Positions 55,108-64,000 of a stretch of DNA of 64,000 nt are shown here, in pieces. Below the pieces are notes generated by a model. The model did not search any database. It was not told where the DNA came from and worked only from the letters and a program-made list of their open reading frames with translations. The first letter of the stretch is position 1, and every line of letters starts with the position of its first letter. Origin of the DNA: an uncultured Acidobacteriota bacterium (GTDB lineage Bacteria > Acidobacteriota > Vicinamibacteria > Fen-336); assembly GCA_963720545.1 (NCBI GenBank), contig OY970399.1, forward strand, positions 3,328,001 through 3,392,000, given 5' to 3'. A program made the position numbers and the translations under genes.

Positions 55108-55974
55108 TTAGTCGATGCGGGCGACTCCGGGGGCGGTGGCGGGGAAGCGGTCGAAGATTGCGGGGTCGTGGCCGGGAACGATCCGGCGCCGGTCCTCGAC
55201 GAGCTTCCCCATCCGGCTCTGCGCTTCCAGGTTGGCGGCGGCATCGAAGGTCTCGCCGATCGCGAGGTGGTTTTCCAGATTCTCGTAGAGATACGCGTTG
55301 TCGGAAGCGATCAGGACCGGGCCGACACGCGTGCCGACGGTCGCGTACTGGGAGGCGAAGGTGTGCCGCCCGCCGGTGTACACGCGGATCCCCGGGATGA
55401 TCTCCTTGTCGTCGCCGTCCACGAGCGTCACGCGCCCCGCGGCGCTGAGCTTCGCGAGCATCGCGGCGTCCACGGCCGACATGTCGTCGTGCAGCGCTTC
55501 GCCCTTTGCGCCGACGTAGTACTCGTACTCGGCGCGCTGGATCCAGATGTGCGCGTTCGGGAACAGGTCGGCGCCGTCGAGATGGTCCCAATGCACGTGC
55601 GAGACGATGATGTCGGTGACGGCCTCCGGCGCAATTCCCGCGGCCGCAACGGCGTCGGACGGCTTGCGATAGTCGGCGGGTTTCCACGCCTTCATGAACT
55701 CGTCGCGGTAGAAGCCGGCGTCCACCAGCACGTTGCGCTTCTCCGGACCCTTCAGCAGCCACACCATCATCGCGCCGTCGCTCTTGCGGCTCGGGTCGGC
55801 GCCCGCCACGAGCTCGGAGGTCGGGAACCCGAGCAGCATGCCGTAGCGAACCGCGTACACCTCGTAGACAGGCGGAGCCGCCGCCACGGGCTGGGCGGCG
55901 GGCCGCTGCGCTTTGCAGGCTGGGAGCAGGGCGAATGCTAGCGGCAAGGCGAACACGAGGGTGGTCTTGGGCAT
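55108..55974 (-). CDS. N-acyl homoserine lactonase-family metallo-beta-lactamase-fold protein (exported or lipoprotein)
   Basis: LVDAG, SHVHWDHLDG (HxHxDH), GRHT, ASD, VPGHD; signal peptide ending LPAC. Confidence 0.85.
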   Translation of the reverse strand: MPKTTLVFALPLAFALLPACKAQRPAAQPVAAAPPVYEVYAVRYGMLLGFPTSELVAGADPSRKSDGAMMVWLLKGPEKRNVLVDAGFYRDEFMKAWKPADYRKPSDAVAAAGIAPEAVTDIIVSHVHWDHLDGADLFPNAHIWIQRAEYEYYVGAKGEALHDDMSAVDAAMLAKLSAAGRVTLVDGDDKEIIPGIRVYTGGRHTFASQYATVGTRVGPVLIASDNAYLYENLENHLAIGETFDAAANLEAQSRMGKLVEDRRRIVPGHDPAIFDRFPATAPGVARID

Positions 55975-55991
55975 GCGGGAGTTTAGACAAA

Positions 55992-56080
55992 GGAACGGAC
56001 GCTGACGCAAGCGCCTGGGGGGACGACAAGAACGGCAATCGACGGATTGGACGGGGACGGAGAGCCAATCCGTCGATGAC
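55992..56080 (-). repeat. REP-like hairpin, copy 4, with 28-bp downstream module
   Basis: Reverse complement reads GTC ATCGACGGATTGG ctctccgtccccgt CCAATCCGTCGAT ... CCCAGGCGCTTGCGTCAGCGTCCGTTCC. Confidence 0.87.
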
Positions 56081-56082
56081 AG

Positions 56083-56604
56083 TTACACGAACCGTTCGAA
56101 TTCGTTGAGGAACGCGAGCGAGCGCATATCGCGCATGCGGTCGAGGTAGACGCTGCCGTCGAGGTGGTCGCACTCGTGCTGGATGACGCGGGCGAAGAAG
56201 GTGTCGGTTTCGACGACGTACTTCCTGCCCTTGCGGTCGCGGGCTTCCATGCGCACCTTGCGGAAGCGGGGGACGACGCCGCGCAGGTCGGGGATCGACA
56301 AACAGCCTTCGAAACCGTCCAGCAGTTCGTCGCCGACCGCGGTCACCACCGGGTTGATGAGCACGGTCAGGGGCACCGCGTCCTCGGCACGCTCGTCACT
56401 CGCGTCGACCTCGATGACTGCGAGGCGCAAGCCCTCGTGAACCTGCGGCCCGGCGAGGCCGACGCCTTCGTATTCGTGCATGGTCTCGACCATGTCGTCG
56501 ATGAGGCGCTGGATGCGCGGCGTGCGGATCTCGTCCACTTCCAGGTTGCGCGCCGCCTTGCGGATGACGGGATGGCCGATGCGAGCGACTTTCAGGATCG
56601 CCAA
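56083..56604 (-). CDS. def: Peptide deformylase
   Basis: GVGLAGPQ, EGCLS, QHECDHLDG; TTG start with AAGGAG RBS. Confidence 0.96.
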   Translation of the reverse strand: MAILKVARIGHPVIRKAARNLEVDEIRTPRIQRLIDDMVETMHEYEGVGLAGPQVHEGLRLAVIEVDASDERAEDAVPLTVLINPVVTAVGDELLDGFEGCLSIPDLRGVVPRFRKVRMEARDRKGRKYVVETDTFFARVIQHECDHLDGSVYLDRMRDMRSLAFLNEFERFV

Positions 56605-56617
56605 AGGCAGCTCCTTG

Positions 56618-57307
56618 CTAGTGGTCCCTGATGAAGCGGGCGAGGCCCGCGAGGTCGGTGACGCGCGCATACGGACGGCGTCGCGGCGCGCGGTGCGCGC
56701 CGCGGTCGAGCCATACGAAGCGCACGCCGGCGCCGTGCGCGGCGTCGCCGTCGGTCGTCGGGTTGTCGCCGATGAAGATCGCATCCGCGGCGCGCGCGCC
56801 GATGCGTCGCAGCGCCTCGATGACGATGCGCGGGTCGGGCTTGGTGAAGCCGCAGCCTTCCGAGGTGACGACGGTGTGGAAGCGGTCGCGCAGCCCGGCG
56901 AGGCGCAGCCGCGAGCGCTGCACGCGGTCGATGCCGTTGGTGACGATCGCGAGGCGATGCCGCTTCGCCGCCACGGCCAGCACCCGCAGGCAGCCCGGCA
57001 GCATGTCGGCGCGCGCCGCCAGCGAGGTGAGGTAGACGCGCGAAAAACGGCGGGCGAGCCGCGGCTCGCGGCCGAGCGCGACCGCAAGGCGGCGGAAGCG
57101 TTCGTGCGACAGCTCGGCCTGGCCGATGCGGCCCTTCTCGTACTCGCGCCAGATCACGGCGTTGATGGCGCGATAGGCCGCGAGCGCGCGCGGGCCGAAG
57201 GGGATGCCCATGGCGCGAAACGCCTCTGCCAGCGCAAGCCGCTGGGAGCGCTCGAAGTCGAAGAGCGTCTCGTCGAGGTCGAAGAGGAGGGCGGAACGCG
57301 GCGCCAA
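56618..57307 (-). CDS. HAD-superfamily hydrolase (YjjG-like nucleotidase)
   Basis: FDLDETLFDF, IVTNG, KPDPRI, IGDNPTTD. Confidence 0.9.
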   Translation of the reverse strand: MAPRSALLFDLDETLFDFERSQRLALAEAFRAMGIPFGPRALAAYRAINAVIWREYEKGRIGQAELSHERFRRLAVALGREPRLARRFSRVYLTSLAARADMLPGCLRVLAVAAKRHRLAIVTNGIDRVQRSRLRLAGLRDRFHTVVTSEGCGFTKPDPRIVIEALRRIGARAADAIFIGDNPTTDGDAAHGAGVRFVWLDRGAHRAPRRRPYARVTDLAGLARFIRDH

Positions 57308-57311
57308 GGGG

Positions 57312-57530
57312 CTACTTGGCGCGGTAGGTGATGAGGCCGCGCTTCAGGTCGTAAGGGGAGACGCTGACGGTCACCCGGTCGCCGGCGATGACGCGGATGC
57401 GGAACTGCCGCATCTTGCCGTTCAGCCGTGCGAGCACTTCATGGTTCTCGCCGCACTTGATCTTGTAGTTGCCGCCCGCGAGAACTTCCGACACGACGCC
57501 TTGCAGCTCGATGAGGTCGTCTTTGGCCAA
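57312..57530 (-). CDS. infA: Translation initiation factor IF-1
   Basis: AKDDLIELQG, GKMR...IRVIAGDRV, SPYDLKRGLITYR; AAGGAG RBS, TTG start. Confidence 0.96.
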   Translation of the reverse strand: MAKDDLIELQGVVSEVLAGGNYKIKCGENHEVLARLNGKMRQFRIRVIAGDRVTVSVSPYDLKRGLITYRAK

Positions 57531-57586
57531 TCGACTCCTTTGCCGTTAACTGCAGGGGATAGTAGCAGGAACGCCCCGGGCCTGCC

Positions 57587-58426
57587 TCACTTGCCGGTCT
57601 TGCGGAAGTCGACGAAGCCCTTGCGGGTCTCGGGCTGGCAGTTGGGGCAGAAGTACGCGTCCATGCCCGCAACCCCCGCCACGCGCAGCCGGGCTCCGCA
57701 CGTGGGACAGACCTCCTTCAGGCGCACCTTGAGGAAGTCGCGAACCTTGACTTCGGTGGGTTCGCCGCGGCGCGCCACTTCCGCAACCGCTTCGCGCATC
57801 ACCGAAACGATCGCCGTATGCAGCCGCTCGGCGTCGGCTGGTTGCAGCGAGCGGCACCAGGTCTTGGGATGGATGCCCGCCGCGAACAGGATCTCGTCCG
57901 CGTAGGCGTTGCCGATGCTGTCGAGGGCGCGCTTGTCGAGCAGGAACACGCGCACCTGGTCGCGGCGGTGTTGCAGCAGGCTCTGCAGCCGCTCGCGCGT
58001 GAACGCCGGCGAGAGGATGTCGACGCCGCCCGTCTTCATTCCGGGGATCGCGTTCCAGTCGTCCTGGGCGATGAGGTATGCCTTGCCCATCGACTTGTCG
58101 TCGAGATAACGCAGCTCGTCGCGTCCCGCGCCGAAGCCGAGCGCGAACCCAAGCGACTTCTCGTCCCTGGCATCGGGCGGCGACAGGCGGAAGCGGCCCG
58201 CGAGCATCGGGTTCACGGCGAGGTCGAGCCCCGCGAAGCGCAGCACAACGAAGTGCGAGCGCCGCGAGACCGACTCGAGCGTGCGGCCAAGGAGCAGCGA
58301 CAGGTTGCCGCGCACGGTGAAGCGCATGATGACGGGGCTTCGCACCCGCTCGCTTTGCACCACCGCTCCGCGCAGCGCTCCGTCGAGCCGCGCGACGATG
58401 TGCAGCAGGTCGGGCAGTTCGGGCAC
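57587..58426 (-). CDS. Fpg/Nei family DNA glycosylase
   Basis: N-terminal PELPD, H2TH motif IGNAYADEILF, zinc finger CPTC...FCPNCQ. Confidence 0.92.
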   Translation of the reverse strand: MPELPDLLHIVARLDGALRGAVVQSERVRSPVIMRFTVRGNLSLLLGRTLESVSRRSHFVVLRFAGLDLAVNPMLAGRFRLSPPDARDEKSLGFALGFGAGRDELRYLDDKSMGKAYLIAQDDWNAIPGMKTGGVDILSPAFTRERLQSLLQHRRDQVRVFLLDKRALDSIGNAYADEILFAAGIHPKTWCRSLQPADAERLHTAIVSVMREAVAEVARRGEPTEVKVRDFLKVRLKEVCPTCGARLRVAGVAGMDAYFCPNCQPETRKGFVDFRKTGK

Positions 58427-58428
58427 GA

Positions 58429-59652
58429 CTAGACTTTATCGGCTCCGCTGGCCCGTGGCAGGTACGTTTCGAGCACCGCCTCGATGGCGCGCTGTTCGGG
58501 CGAATCCTTGTCGAAGGGGCGGAACGGTGTTGCGGCGATCGGGCAGGAGCCCGCGTCGAGATGCCGCGTCACCAGCGCCGCGAAGCGCGCCAGCGCCCCC
58601 GTCACCAGCGCCGCATCGGTGCGGCCGTGGGCGCAGTAGCCGTGGCCGCGCATGAACCCGGCGATCTCGTGGACGTTCGCGATTTCGCTGGCGCGCACGG
58701 TGCCCGCTTCCAGCCGCGCGATGAGCGCCGCCATGTTGGTTGCGCCCACGCTGCAAGGCGGGCACTGGCCGCACGACTCGCGCGCGAAGAAGTCCGCGGC
58801 CGACGACACCACCGACAACGGGCACGCCTGTTCGCACACCACCAGGACCGACGCGGTGCCGAGCGACGAGCCGCGTTCGCGCAACGCCTCGGGCTCGAGC
58901 GGCGTGTCGAGGTCGTTGGCGTCGAGCGGCGCCGCCGACGGTCCGCCCGGGAACACGGCAACCACGACGCCGGTGGCGCCGCCGCCCCAGTCCTCGATCA
59001 GCTCGCGCAGCTTGGTGCCGAGCGGCACGTCATAGACCCCGGGGCGCTTGACGTGGCCCCACAGCGAAACCAGCGTCGACTCCTCGTTGATGAACGCTTC
59101 CGGATCGGCGAGGGCGCGCGGCACGTAGCTGAGCGTCTCGACGTTCTGCACCAACGTCGGCCGTCCGGAGACGCCGGCAGCCGAGGGCAGCGGCGGCTTG
59201 GCGCGCGGCCAGGCCTTGTTGCCCGAGAGCCACTCGCTGACGGCCGTTTCCTCACCGCCGACGTAGGAGTCGTCGCCGCGGCGCACCGTGATCGCGACGC
59301 CAGCCGTGTCGATGCGCTCGAGTTGCTTCACGAGGTTCGCCTCGAGCGCCACGAACGAGCCCTTCAGGTAGACGACCGCCTCACGCGCGCCAATCGCCTT
59401 GGCGGCGGCCAGGATGCCGTCGCACACGTCCTTGAAGCGGGTCAGAAGGATGAAGCGGTCCTTGATCGAGCCGGGCTCGCCTTCGGCGCCGTTTGCCACC
59501 ACCAGCGCGTCGCCGTCCTCGGCGAGCACCGCCTGCCACTTGCGCCAGGCAGGAAACCAGCCGCCGCCGCGGCCGCGCAAGGCCGACGACGCGATCCTGT
59601 CGATCGCGGCGAAGGGGGTCTTCTTCGGCGCGCCGCCTGAGGGTTCTGGCAC
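58429..59652 (-). CDS. Stand-alone NuoF-like FMN/[4Fe-4S] oxidoreductase
   Basis: [38 protein letters not shown] segment, ESCGQCPPC...CAHG. Confidence 0.87.
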   Translation of the reverse strand: MPEPSGGAPKKTPFAAIDRIASSALRGRGGGWFPAWRKWQAVLAEDGDALVVANGAEGEPGSIKDRFILLTRFKDVCDGILAAAKAIGAREAVVYLKGSFVALEANLVKQLERIDTAGVAITVRRGDDSYVGGEETAVSEWLSGNKAWPRAKPPLPSAAGVSGRPTLVQNVETLSYVPRALADPEAFINEESTLVSLWGHVKRPGVYDVPLGTKLRELIEDWGGGATGVVVAVFPGGPSAAPLDANDLDTPLEPEALRERGSSLGTASVLVVCEQACPLSVVSSAADFFARESCGQCPPCSVGATNMAALIARLEAGTVRASEIANVHEIAGFMRGHGYCAHGRTDAALVTGALARFAALVTRHLDAGSCPIAATPFRPFDKDSPEQRAIEAVLETYLPRASGADKV

Positions 59653-59791
59653 GTTCGTTCCGGCGAGGATTATAGGGGAATCCCCTCATTCCACGGTGTT
59701 GGCGGGCATACGTCCGCATGCGGCGCTGCGCTATACTCGATGGGCGGCGCCGGACAGTCTCGTAAGGCTTCGCAGAGCGGGGTCAATCGAA

Positions 59792-60154
59792 ATGATTCAG
59801 ATTACGGACAATGCCTTGTCGAAGGTCAAGGGGATCCTCGAGCAGGAAAAGGACTCCATGCCCGGCGGCGGCCTGCGCATCTACGTGCAGGGCGGCGGCT
59901 GCTCCGGCTTTCAGTACGGCATGGTCCTGGACGAGGTCGCGGAAGGCGACCAGGTGTTCGACAAGGACGGCATCAAGGTCATCGTCGACGCCATGAGCGC
60001 GCGCTATCTCGAGGGCGCCGAGGTGGACTACAAGGACGATCTGATGGGCGGCGGGTTCGCCATCAAGAACCCGAACGCGGTTTCCACTTGCGGCTGCGGG
60101 CACTCGTTCCAGACCGCCGACGGCGGCGGCACGCAGGGCGGCCACCAGCACTGA
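59792..60154 (+). CDS. erpA: A-type Fe-S carrier (ErpA/IscA/HesB)
   Basis: [30 protein letters not shown]. Confidence 0.88.
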   Translation: MIQITDNALSKVKGILEQEKDSMPGGGLRIYVQGGGCSGFQYGMVLDEVAEGDQVFDKDGIKVIVDAMSARYLEGAEVDYKDDLMGGGFAIKNPNAVSTCGCGHSFQTADGGGTQGGHQH

Positions 60155-60186
60155 GGTCTTTGGACAACCCGGAGACGAACGCCAAA

Positions 60187-60675
60187 ATGACCGCGAGCGA
60201 AGCGCTGGGGGAAGTAGATGCCGTGCCGCAGCAAGGGCTGAGGACGTTCCGGGTCATCAACGACACCGTGCGCCTCGTCACCGACAAGCGGCTCGAGCTC
60301 TACAACCTCACCGAGCGCGTCGGCGAGATCATCAAGAAGCACGACATCAAGGAAGGCCTGGTGTTGTTCTCGTCGCTGCACACGACGCTCGCTCTCTTCG
60401 TCAACGAGTGGCAGTCGGCGCTGCTGCACGACATGAAGTTCATGCTCAACAAGGTCGTGAGCCCGGGCGAGGAATACCGCCACAACGACCCCGAGCAATC
60501 CGACTGCGACCGCAAGAACGCGCATTCGCACCTGCAGGCAACCCTGCTCAACCACGCGGTGCAGTTTCCGGTGGCCGCCGGCAAGCTCGTCATCGGGCAG
60601 TTCCAGGCCATCATCGCCGCTGAGCTCGACGGGCCGCGCCACCGCGACCTCGCCGTCCAGATCATCGGCCGCTAG
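60187..60675 (+). CDS. YjbQ/UPF0047 family protein
   Basis: LHTTLALFVNE, YRHND, NAHSHL, ELDGPR. Start may be TTG 60160. Confidence 0.88.
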   Translation: MTASEALGEVDAVPQQGLRTFRVINDTVRLVTDKRLELYNLTERVGEIIKKHDIKEGLVLFSSLHTTLALFVNEWQSALLHDMKFMLNKVVSPGEEYRHNDPEQSDCDRKNAHSHLQATLLNHAVQFPVAAGKLVIGQFQAIIAAELDGPRHRDLAVQIIGR

Positions 60676-60724
60676 CCACCCGCAACCGCCTCGCGCGGTG
60701 CTACGCTCGGAGGAGGCTCCTGAA

Positions 60725-61357
60725 ATGGCCGTCCTGCCGCCGATCATTCCCCTGTTCCCCCTGGGAGAGGTGGTCCTCTTCCCGAAGGTGGCGCTGCCAC
60801 TGCACATCTTCGAGCCGCGTTACCGGAAGATGACCGCCGACGCCCTCGCCGGCGAGCGCATCATCGGCATGACGCTGCTGCAGGCGGGCTTCGAGGCGAG
60901 CTACGTCGGCCGCCCGCCGGTTTTTCCGCTCGGCTGCGCCGGCCACATCGAAGAGACCGAGGCCCTGCCCGACGGCCGCTACAACATGCTGCTGCGCGGC
61001 GTGTCGCGCTTTCGCATCGTCGAGGAGCGCCACGGGCAGCCCTACCGGCTGGCGGCGATCGAAGAAGTGGAAGACGGCCGCTACGATGCCGCGCGCGTGG
61101 GTGCGATGCGCGACAAGATCCTGAACGCGGTGTCGGCGGCGTCGCCGCGGCCAACGCTGCTGGTGGTGCAGCCCGACGTGAGCGACGAGCTGTTCCTCAA
61201 CACGCTGTGCCAGATGCTGCCGTTCGATGTGGTGGAAAAGCTCTCGCTCCTCGAATGCGACAGCCTCGGCCAGCGTTGCGACCGGCTCCTGGAACTCCTC
61301 GAGTACAAACGACTCACCGGCAACCTCGCCTCGGGCCGGGTCGAACGGCCTAACTAG
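60725..61357 (+). CDS. LON peptidase substrate-binding (N-terminal) domain protein
   Basis: IPLFPL..VVLFP, LPLHIFEPRYRKM, DGRYNMLLRGVSRFRI; GGAGG RBS. Confidence 0.9.
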   Translation: MAVLPPIIPLFPLGEVVLFPKVALPLHIFEPRYRKMTADALAGERIIGMTLLQAGFEASYVGRPPVFPLGCAGHIEETEALPDGRYNMLLRGVSRFRIVEERHGQPYRLAAIEEVEDGRYDAARVGAMRDKILNAVSAASPRPTLLVVQPDVSDELFLNTLCQMLPFDVVEKLSLLECDSLGQRCDRLLELLEYKRLTGNLASGRVERPN

Positions 61358-61399
61358 TCATCGGCGGATGGGCTTGCCGTTCACGACCCATCCGCCGAT
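61357..61399 (+). repeat. REP-like hairpin, copy 5
   Basis: GTC ATCGGCGGATGGG cttgccgttcacga CCCATCCGCCGAT, overlapping the stop codon. Confidence 0.85.
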
Positions 61400-61450
61400 T
61401 ACGACTTTCGGCGCGGGTGCCTCGTCTAACGACAGGAGAGTGGAGGTCAA

Positions 61451-62524
61451 ATGAAGGGAGTCAACCGTTTCGGCCTGGTTCTGGGGGTTCTGGCGGCGAG
61501 CGCCCTGCTTGGCACCGCTGCAGCCCGCGTGCGGGCGGCAGACGAGCAGGAGAAGCCGAAGGCCAGCGTGAAGACATCGCGCGAAGAGACGATGAAGCGG
61601 TTCAAGGTCGGGCCGCAGGTGCGCCGCATCGAGCGCAGCTTCGAGTGGACGGACGGCGCCTTCCTCGGCGTCGGCGTCGCCGACGTCACCAAAGCCGACC
61701 TCGCAGCGCTGAAGCTGAGCGAAGAGCGCGGCGCTGTAGTGCGCAGCGTCAACGCCAATTCCGCCGCAGCCAAGGCGGGGCTGAAGGAGGGCGACGTCAT
61801 CCTGCGCTATCAGGGCGAGACGGTCTGGAGCGCTTCGCAGTTCCGCCGCCTCATCCGCGAGACGCCGGCTGGCCGCACCATCTCGCTCGACGTGACGAAC
61901 GGCGGCGCGGCGCGCACCGTTGCGGCGACGCTCGGCGAGCGCTCGCCGGACACGGCCGGGTTCGGGCCGCTCGAAGACTTCGACATCGACCTGCCTGGAA
62001 TGATCGCGGGCGAGATGCCCGAGCCGCCGGAACCGCCCGAAGCTCTCGAACCACCGGATGCACCGGATGCACCGGATGCACCTGATGCTCCGCGTGCCCC
62101 GCGTGCCCCGCGTGCCCCGCGGCCGCCACGGATCATGGCGGACCGGATGTTCCACTTCAAGATGCCGGACGGCGGCAACATGATGTGGCGCGGTGGAATG
62201 TTCGCAGGCGAACCGCGCAAGCTCGGCCTCGAGTACCAGTCGGTCAGCGGCCAGCTCGCGAAGTACTTCAAGTTGGCGGGCGATGGCATCCTGGTGACGA
62301 ACGTCGCAGCCGACGGTCCGGCGGCGGCGGGAGGCGTGAAAGCCGGCGACGTCATCATGAAGGTGAACGGCAAGGCCGTCACGGACGGCGGCGACCTGCG
62401 CGAGGCCATGGAGTCGGTCGAGCCCGGCCAGGAAGTGAGCCTCACCCTGCAGCGCGACGGCAGCCCGGTCGAGGTGAAGCTGAAGGCCGGTGGCGCCGCG
62501 GGGCGCGGCGCAATCACCACCTAG
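61451..62524 (+). CDS. Exported two-PDZ-domain protein with Pro-rich linker (no protease domain)
   Basis: Signal peptide; FLGVGV..SAAAKAGLKEGDVI and KLGLEY..GPAAAGGVKAGDVI PDZ motifs. Confidence 0.88.
   Translation: MKGVNRFGLVLGVLAASALLGTAAARVRAADEQEKPKASVKTSREETMKRFKVGPQVRRIERSFEWTDGAFLGVGVADVTKADLAALKLSEERGAVVRSVNANSAAAKAGLKEGDVILRYQGETVWSASQFRRLIRETPAGRTISLDVTNGGAARTVAATLGERSPDTAGFGPLEDFDIDLPGMIAGEMPEPPEPPEALEPPDAPDAPDAPDAPRAPRAPRAPRPPRIMADRMFHFKMPDGGNMMWRGGMFAGEPRKLGLEYQSVSGQLAKYFKLAGDGILVTNVAADGPAAAGGVKAGDVIMKVNGKAVTDGGDLREAMESVEPGQEVSLTLQRDGSPVEVKLKAGGAAGRGAITT
62018..62131 (+). repeat. 9-bp tandem repeats encoding PEP/PDA/PRA triplets
   Basis: Tandem CCGGATGCA units followed by tandem CCGCGTGCC units. 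Confidence 0.85.
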
Positions 62525-62533
62525 GCAGACCGC

Positions 62534-63262
62534 CTAGAGGACGTCAGTACCGTCTTCCATCTCCAGCACCAGCAGGGTGCCGGCCACCGAGAGGGCCGGC
62601 GCCAGCAGGAAGGCGCCAAGCGGCACCAGGAAGATGAGGATGCCCGCGAGGCCGAAGCCGAGCGTCTCGGGGCGCAGGCGTTTGTGCCAGGCGCGGCGCG
62701 CGGCGAAGTCGAGGCCGCGGCGCGTCAGCGGCGCGTCGGTCTGTTGCAGCGCCAGCGCCTGCGAGGCCCAGAGCGCTGCCAGGAACGGTCCCACAACCGG
62801 TATCAGCGGGATGGGCAGCGTGACAAGCGCGGCTGCCAGGAAGAACAAGGCTCCCTTCACGGCCTGCATCGCCTCCCAGCCCGCTCCGTGGCTGCGGTCG
62901 ATGACGTGGCCGCGCACCAGCTGCTCCACCCGGCGCGACAAGCGCTCCAGGACCGGCGCCGCCAGCAGCAGGGCCGACGCCAGCCCCACCACCATGCCGG
63001 CCGCGACCAGGCCGATCCAGAGGAGAGCGGTGAGCGGCAGGTGCAGCAGGCCCGGCAGCGATCGTGAAATGAGCAGCGGCTCGAGCCGCGGGGCGATGAA
63101 CAGGCCGAGGATGCCGCCAAGGCCCCAGAAGAGCACGGCCAGTACCGCGGGCAGCGCCGCCAGCGGCCACGTGCCCGGGTGACGCACGAGGAACGCGATC
63201 CCGGCGAGCACCTGCCACGCGCCGGCGGCGATGCGCCTGGGCCAGCCGGGCAGGGAGGGCAT
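62534..63262 (-). CDS. EI24/CysZ-like membrane protein
   Basis: LAAPVLERLSRRVE, LIPVVGP, ETLGFG, LVPLGAFLLAP..VAGT. Start is ATG 63262 or 63268. Confidence 0.8.
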   Translation of the reverse strand: MPSLPGWPRRIAAGAWQVLAGIAFLVRHPGTWPLAALPAVLAVLFWGLGGILGLFIAPRLEPLLISRSLPGLLHLPLTALLWIGLVAAGMVVGLASALLLAAPVLERLSRRVEQLVRGHVIDRSHGAGWEAMQAVKGALFFLAAALVTLPIPLIPVVGPFLAALWASQALALQQTDAPLTRRGLDFAARRAWHKRLRPETLGFGLAGILIFLVPLGAFLLAPALSVAGTLLVLEMEDGTDVL

Positions 63263-63319
63263 GGCCATGAGGCTAAGGCCCCGTCTTCCCGTGTCAAAAT
63301 CCGGCGCGGAGGCGATCCC

Positions 63320-64000
63320 TTGAATATCGGTTGGCTGCACCCGGTCGTCGTGCATTTCGCAATCGTCCTGGTCCTCGTCGGCGTGCTGTTCCGCCTGCTG
63401 TCGCTCGCGAGCAGCAGCCGCCTGTCTTTCGCGAGCCCGGCCGCAACCACGCTGATCCTCGCGGGCGCCGTCGCCGTGTTCTTCGCGTCGCAGTCCGGCC
63501 GCGATGCCCATGGGCCGGTGGAACGCGTGCCCGACTCGCGCGAAGTGGTGGAGCTGCACGAGGCCGCGGCCAAGTGGAGCACCAACTTCACCTACGCCCT
63601 GGCGCTCATCGAGGTGGGGCTGCTGTTCCTGCGCAACTCGCGCTACCGCCGCCATGCGCTGATCGCGGCGTCGGTGGTCGGCCTGTTCGCCGGATCGACG
63701 ATGATCCTGACCGCGTGGCGCGGCGGGAACCTCGTCTACGCGCACGCGGGCGGCGTCGGCATCCGTTCCGGGGAATCGGCGGACGTGGGCAACCTGCTGC
63801 TCGCCGGCCTCTACCATCAGGCGCTGCAGGACCGCGAAGCGGGCCGGCGGCAGGAGGCGGCGGCGCTCGCCGACCTCGCGCTGCGCCGCTTCCCGTCGAG
63901 CATCGCGGTGCGCATGTTCCACGCCGAATCGATCCTGCTCGACCGCCAGGACCCGTCGGCAACGCTCGCGGCCCTGGGCACGATCACGGTGCCGCCGGGC
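63320..64000 (+). CDS. DUF2231-like membrane protein with downstream TPR-like region (runs off the window)
   Basis: Manual translation from TTG 63320 after a GGAGG RBS: MNIGWLHPVVVHFAIVL...SGRDAH...ELHEAAA...AWRGGNLVYAHAGGVG. Confidence 0.78.
   Translation, partial: MNIGWLHPVVVHFAIVLVLVGVLFRLLSLASSSRLSFASPAATTLILAGAVAVFFASQSGRDAHGPVERVPDSREVVELHEAAAKWSTNFTYALALIEVGLLFLRNSRYRRHALIAASVVGLFAGSTMILTAWRGGNLVYAHAGGVGIRSGESADVGNLLLAGLYHQALQDREAGRRQEAAALADLALRRFPSSIAVRMFHAESILLDRQDPSATLAALGTITVPPG

Noticed and set aside
58429..59652. PduS partner for the PduT-like gene
   Set aside because: The Cys pattern is NuoF-type (CxxCxxC...C), not the double ferredoxin pattern of PduS/RnfC, and the gene is 8 kb away

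Overview
A high-GC (about 70% by eye) bacterial chromosomal segment with about 60 tightly packed CDS. I found no rRNA, tRNA, CRISPR array, transposase or phage genes. The gene set (ADOP duplicated permease, VWA protein, sulfatase-TPR, zinc-ribbon Ser/Thr kinase with multi-TM tail, hpnCDE, lpxD) suggests Acidobacteriota, possibly Vicinamibacteria; this is an inference. Housekeeping genes include argS, uvrC, trpS-scpA-scpB, rluB-cmk, gcvTHP, rarA, greA, yitJ, lpxD, uvrB, nadQ-nadABC, gpmA, hpnCDE, ggt, def, infA and erpA. The main unexplained structure is a modular intergenic repeat family: a 13-bp-stem hairpin with compensatory base changes placed at the stop codon of five genes, plus three further shared modules, with two inward-facing copies enclosing a lactonase-family gene. 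Other oddities: a sharp patch of A-ending codons inside lpxD; a frameshifted Pro-Thr-repeat exported protein between scpB and rluB; two apparent pseudo-enzymes (MDH-like and patatin-like); a Cys-less orphan PduT-like microcompartment shell gene; a stand-alone NuoF-like protein; a proteobacterial-type NadQ regulon with its operator; and many leaderless or bidirectional promoter candidates. All calls come from reading motifs; no database searches were run.
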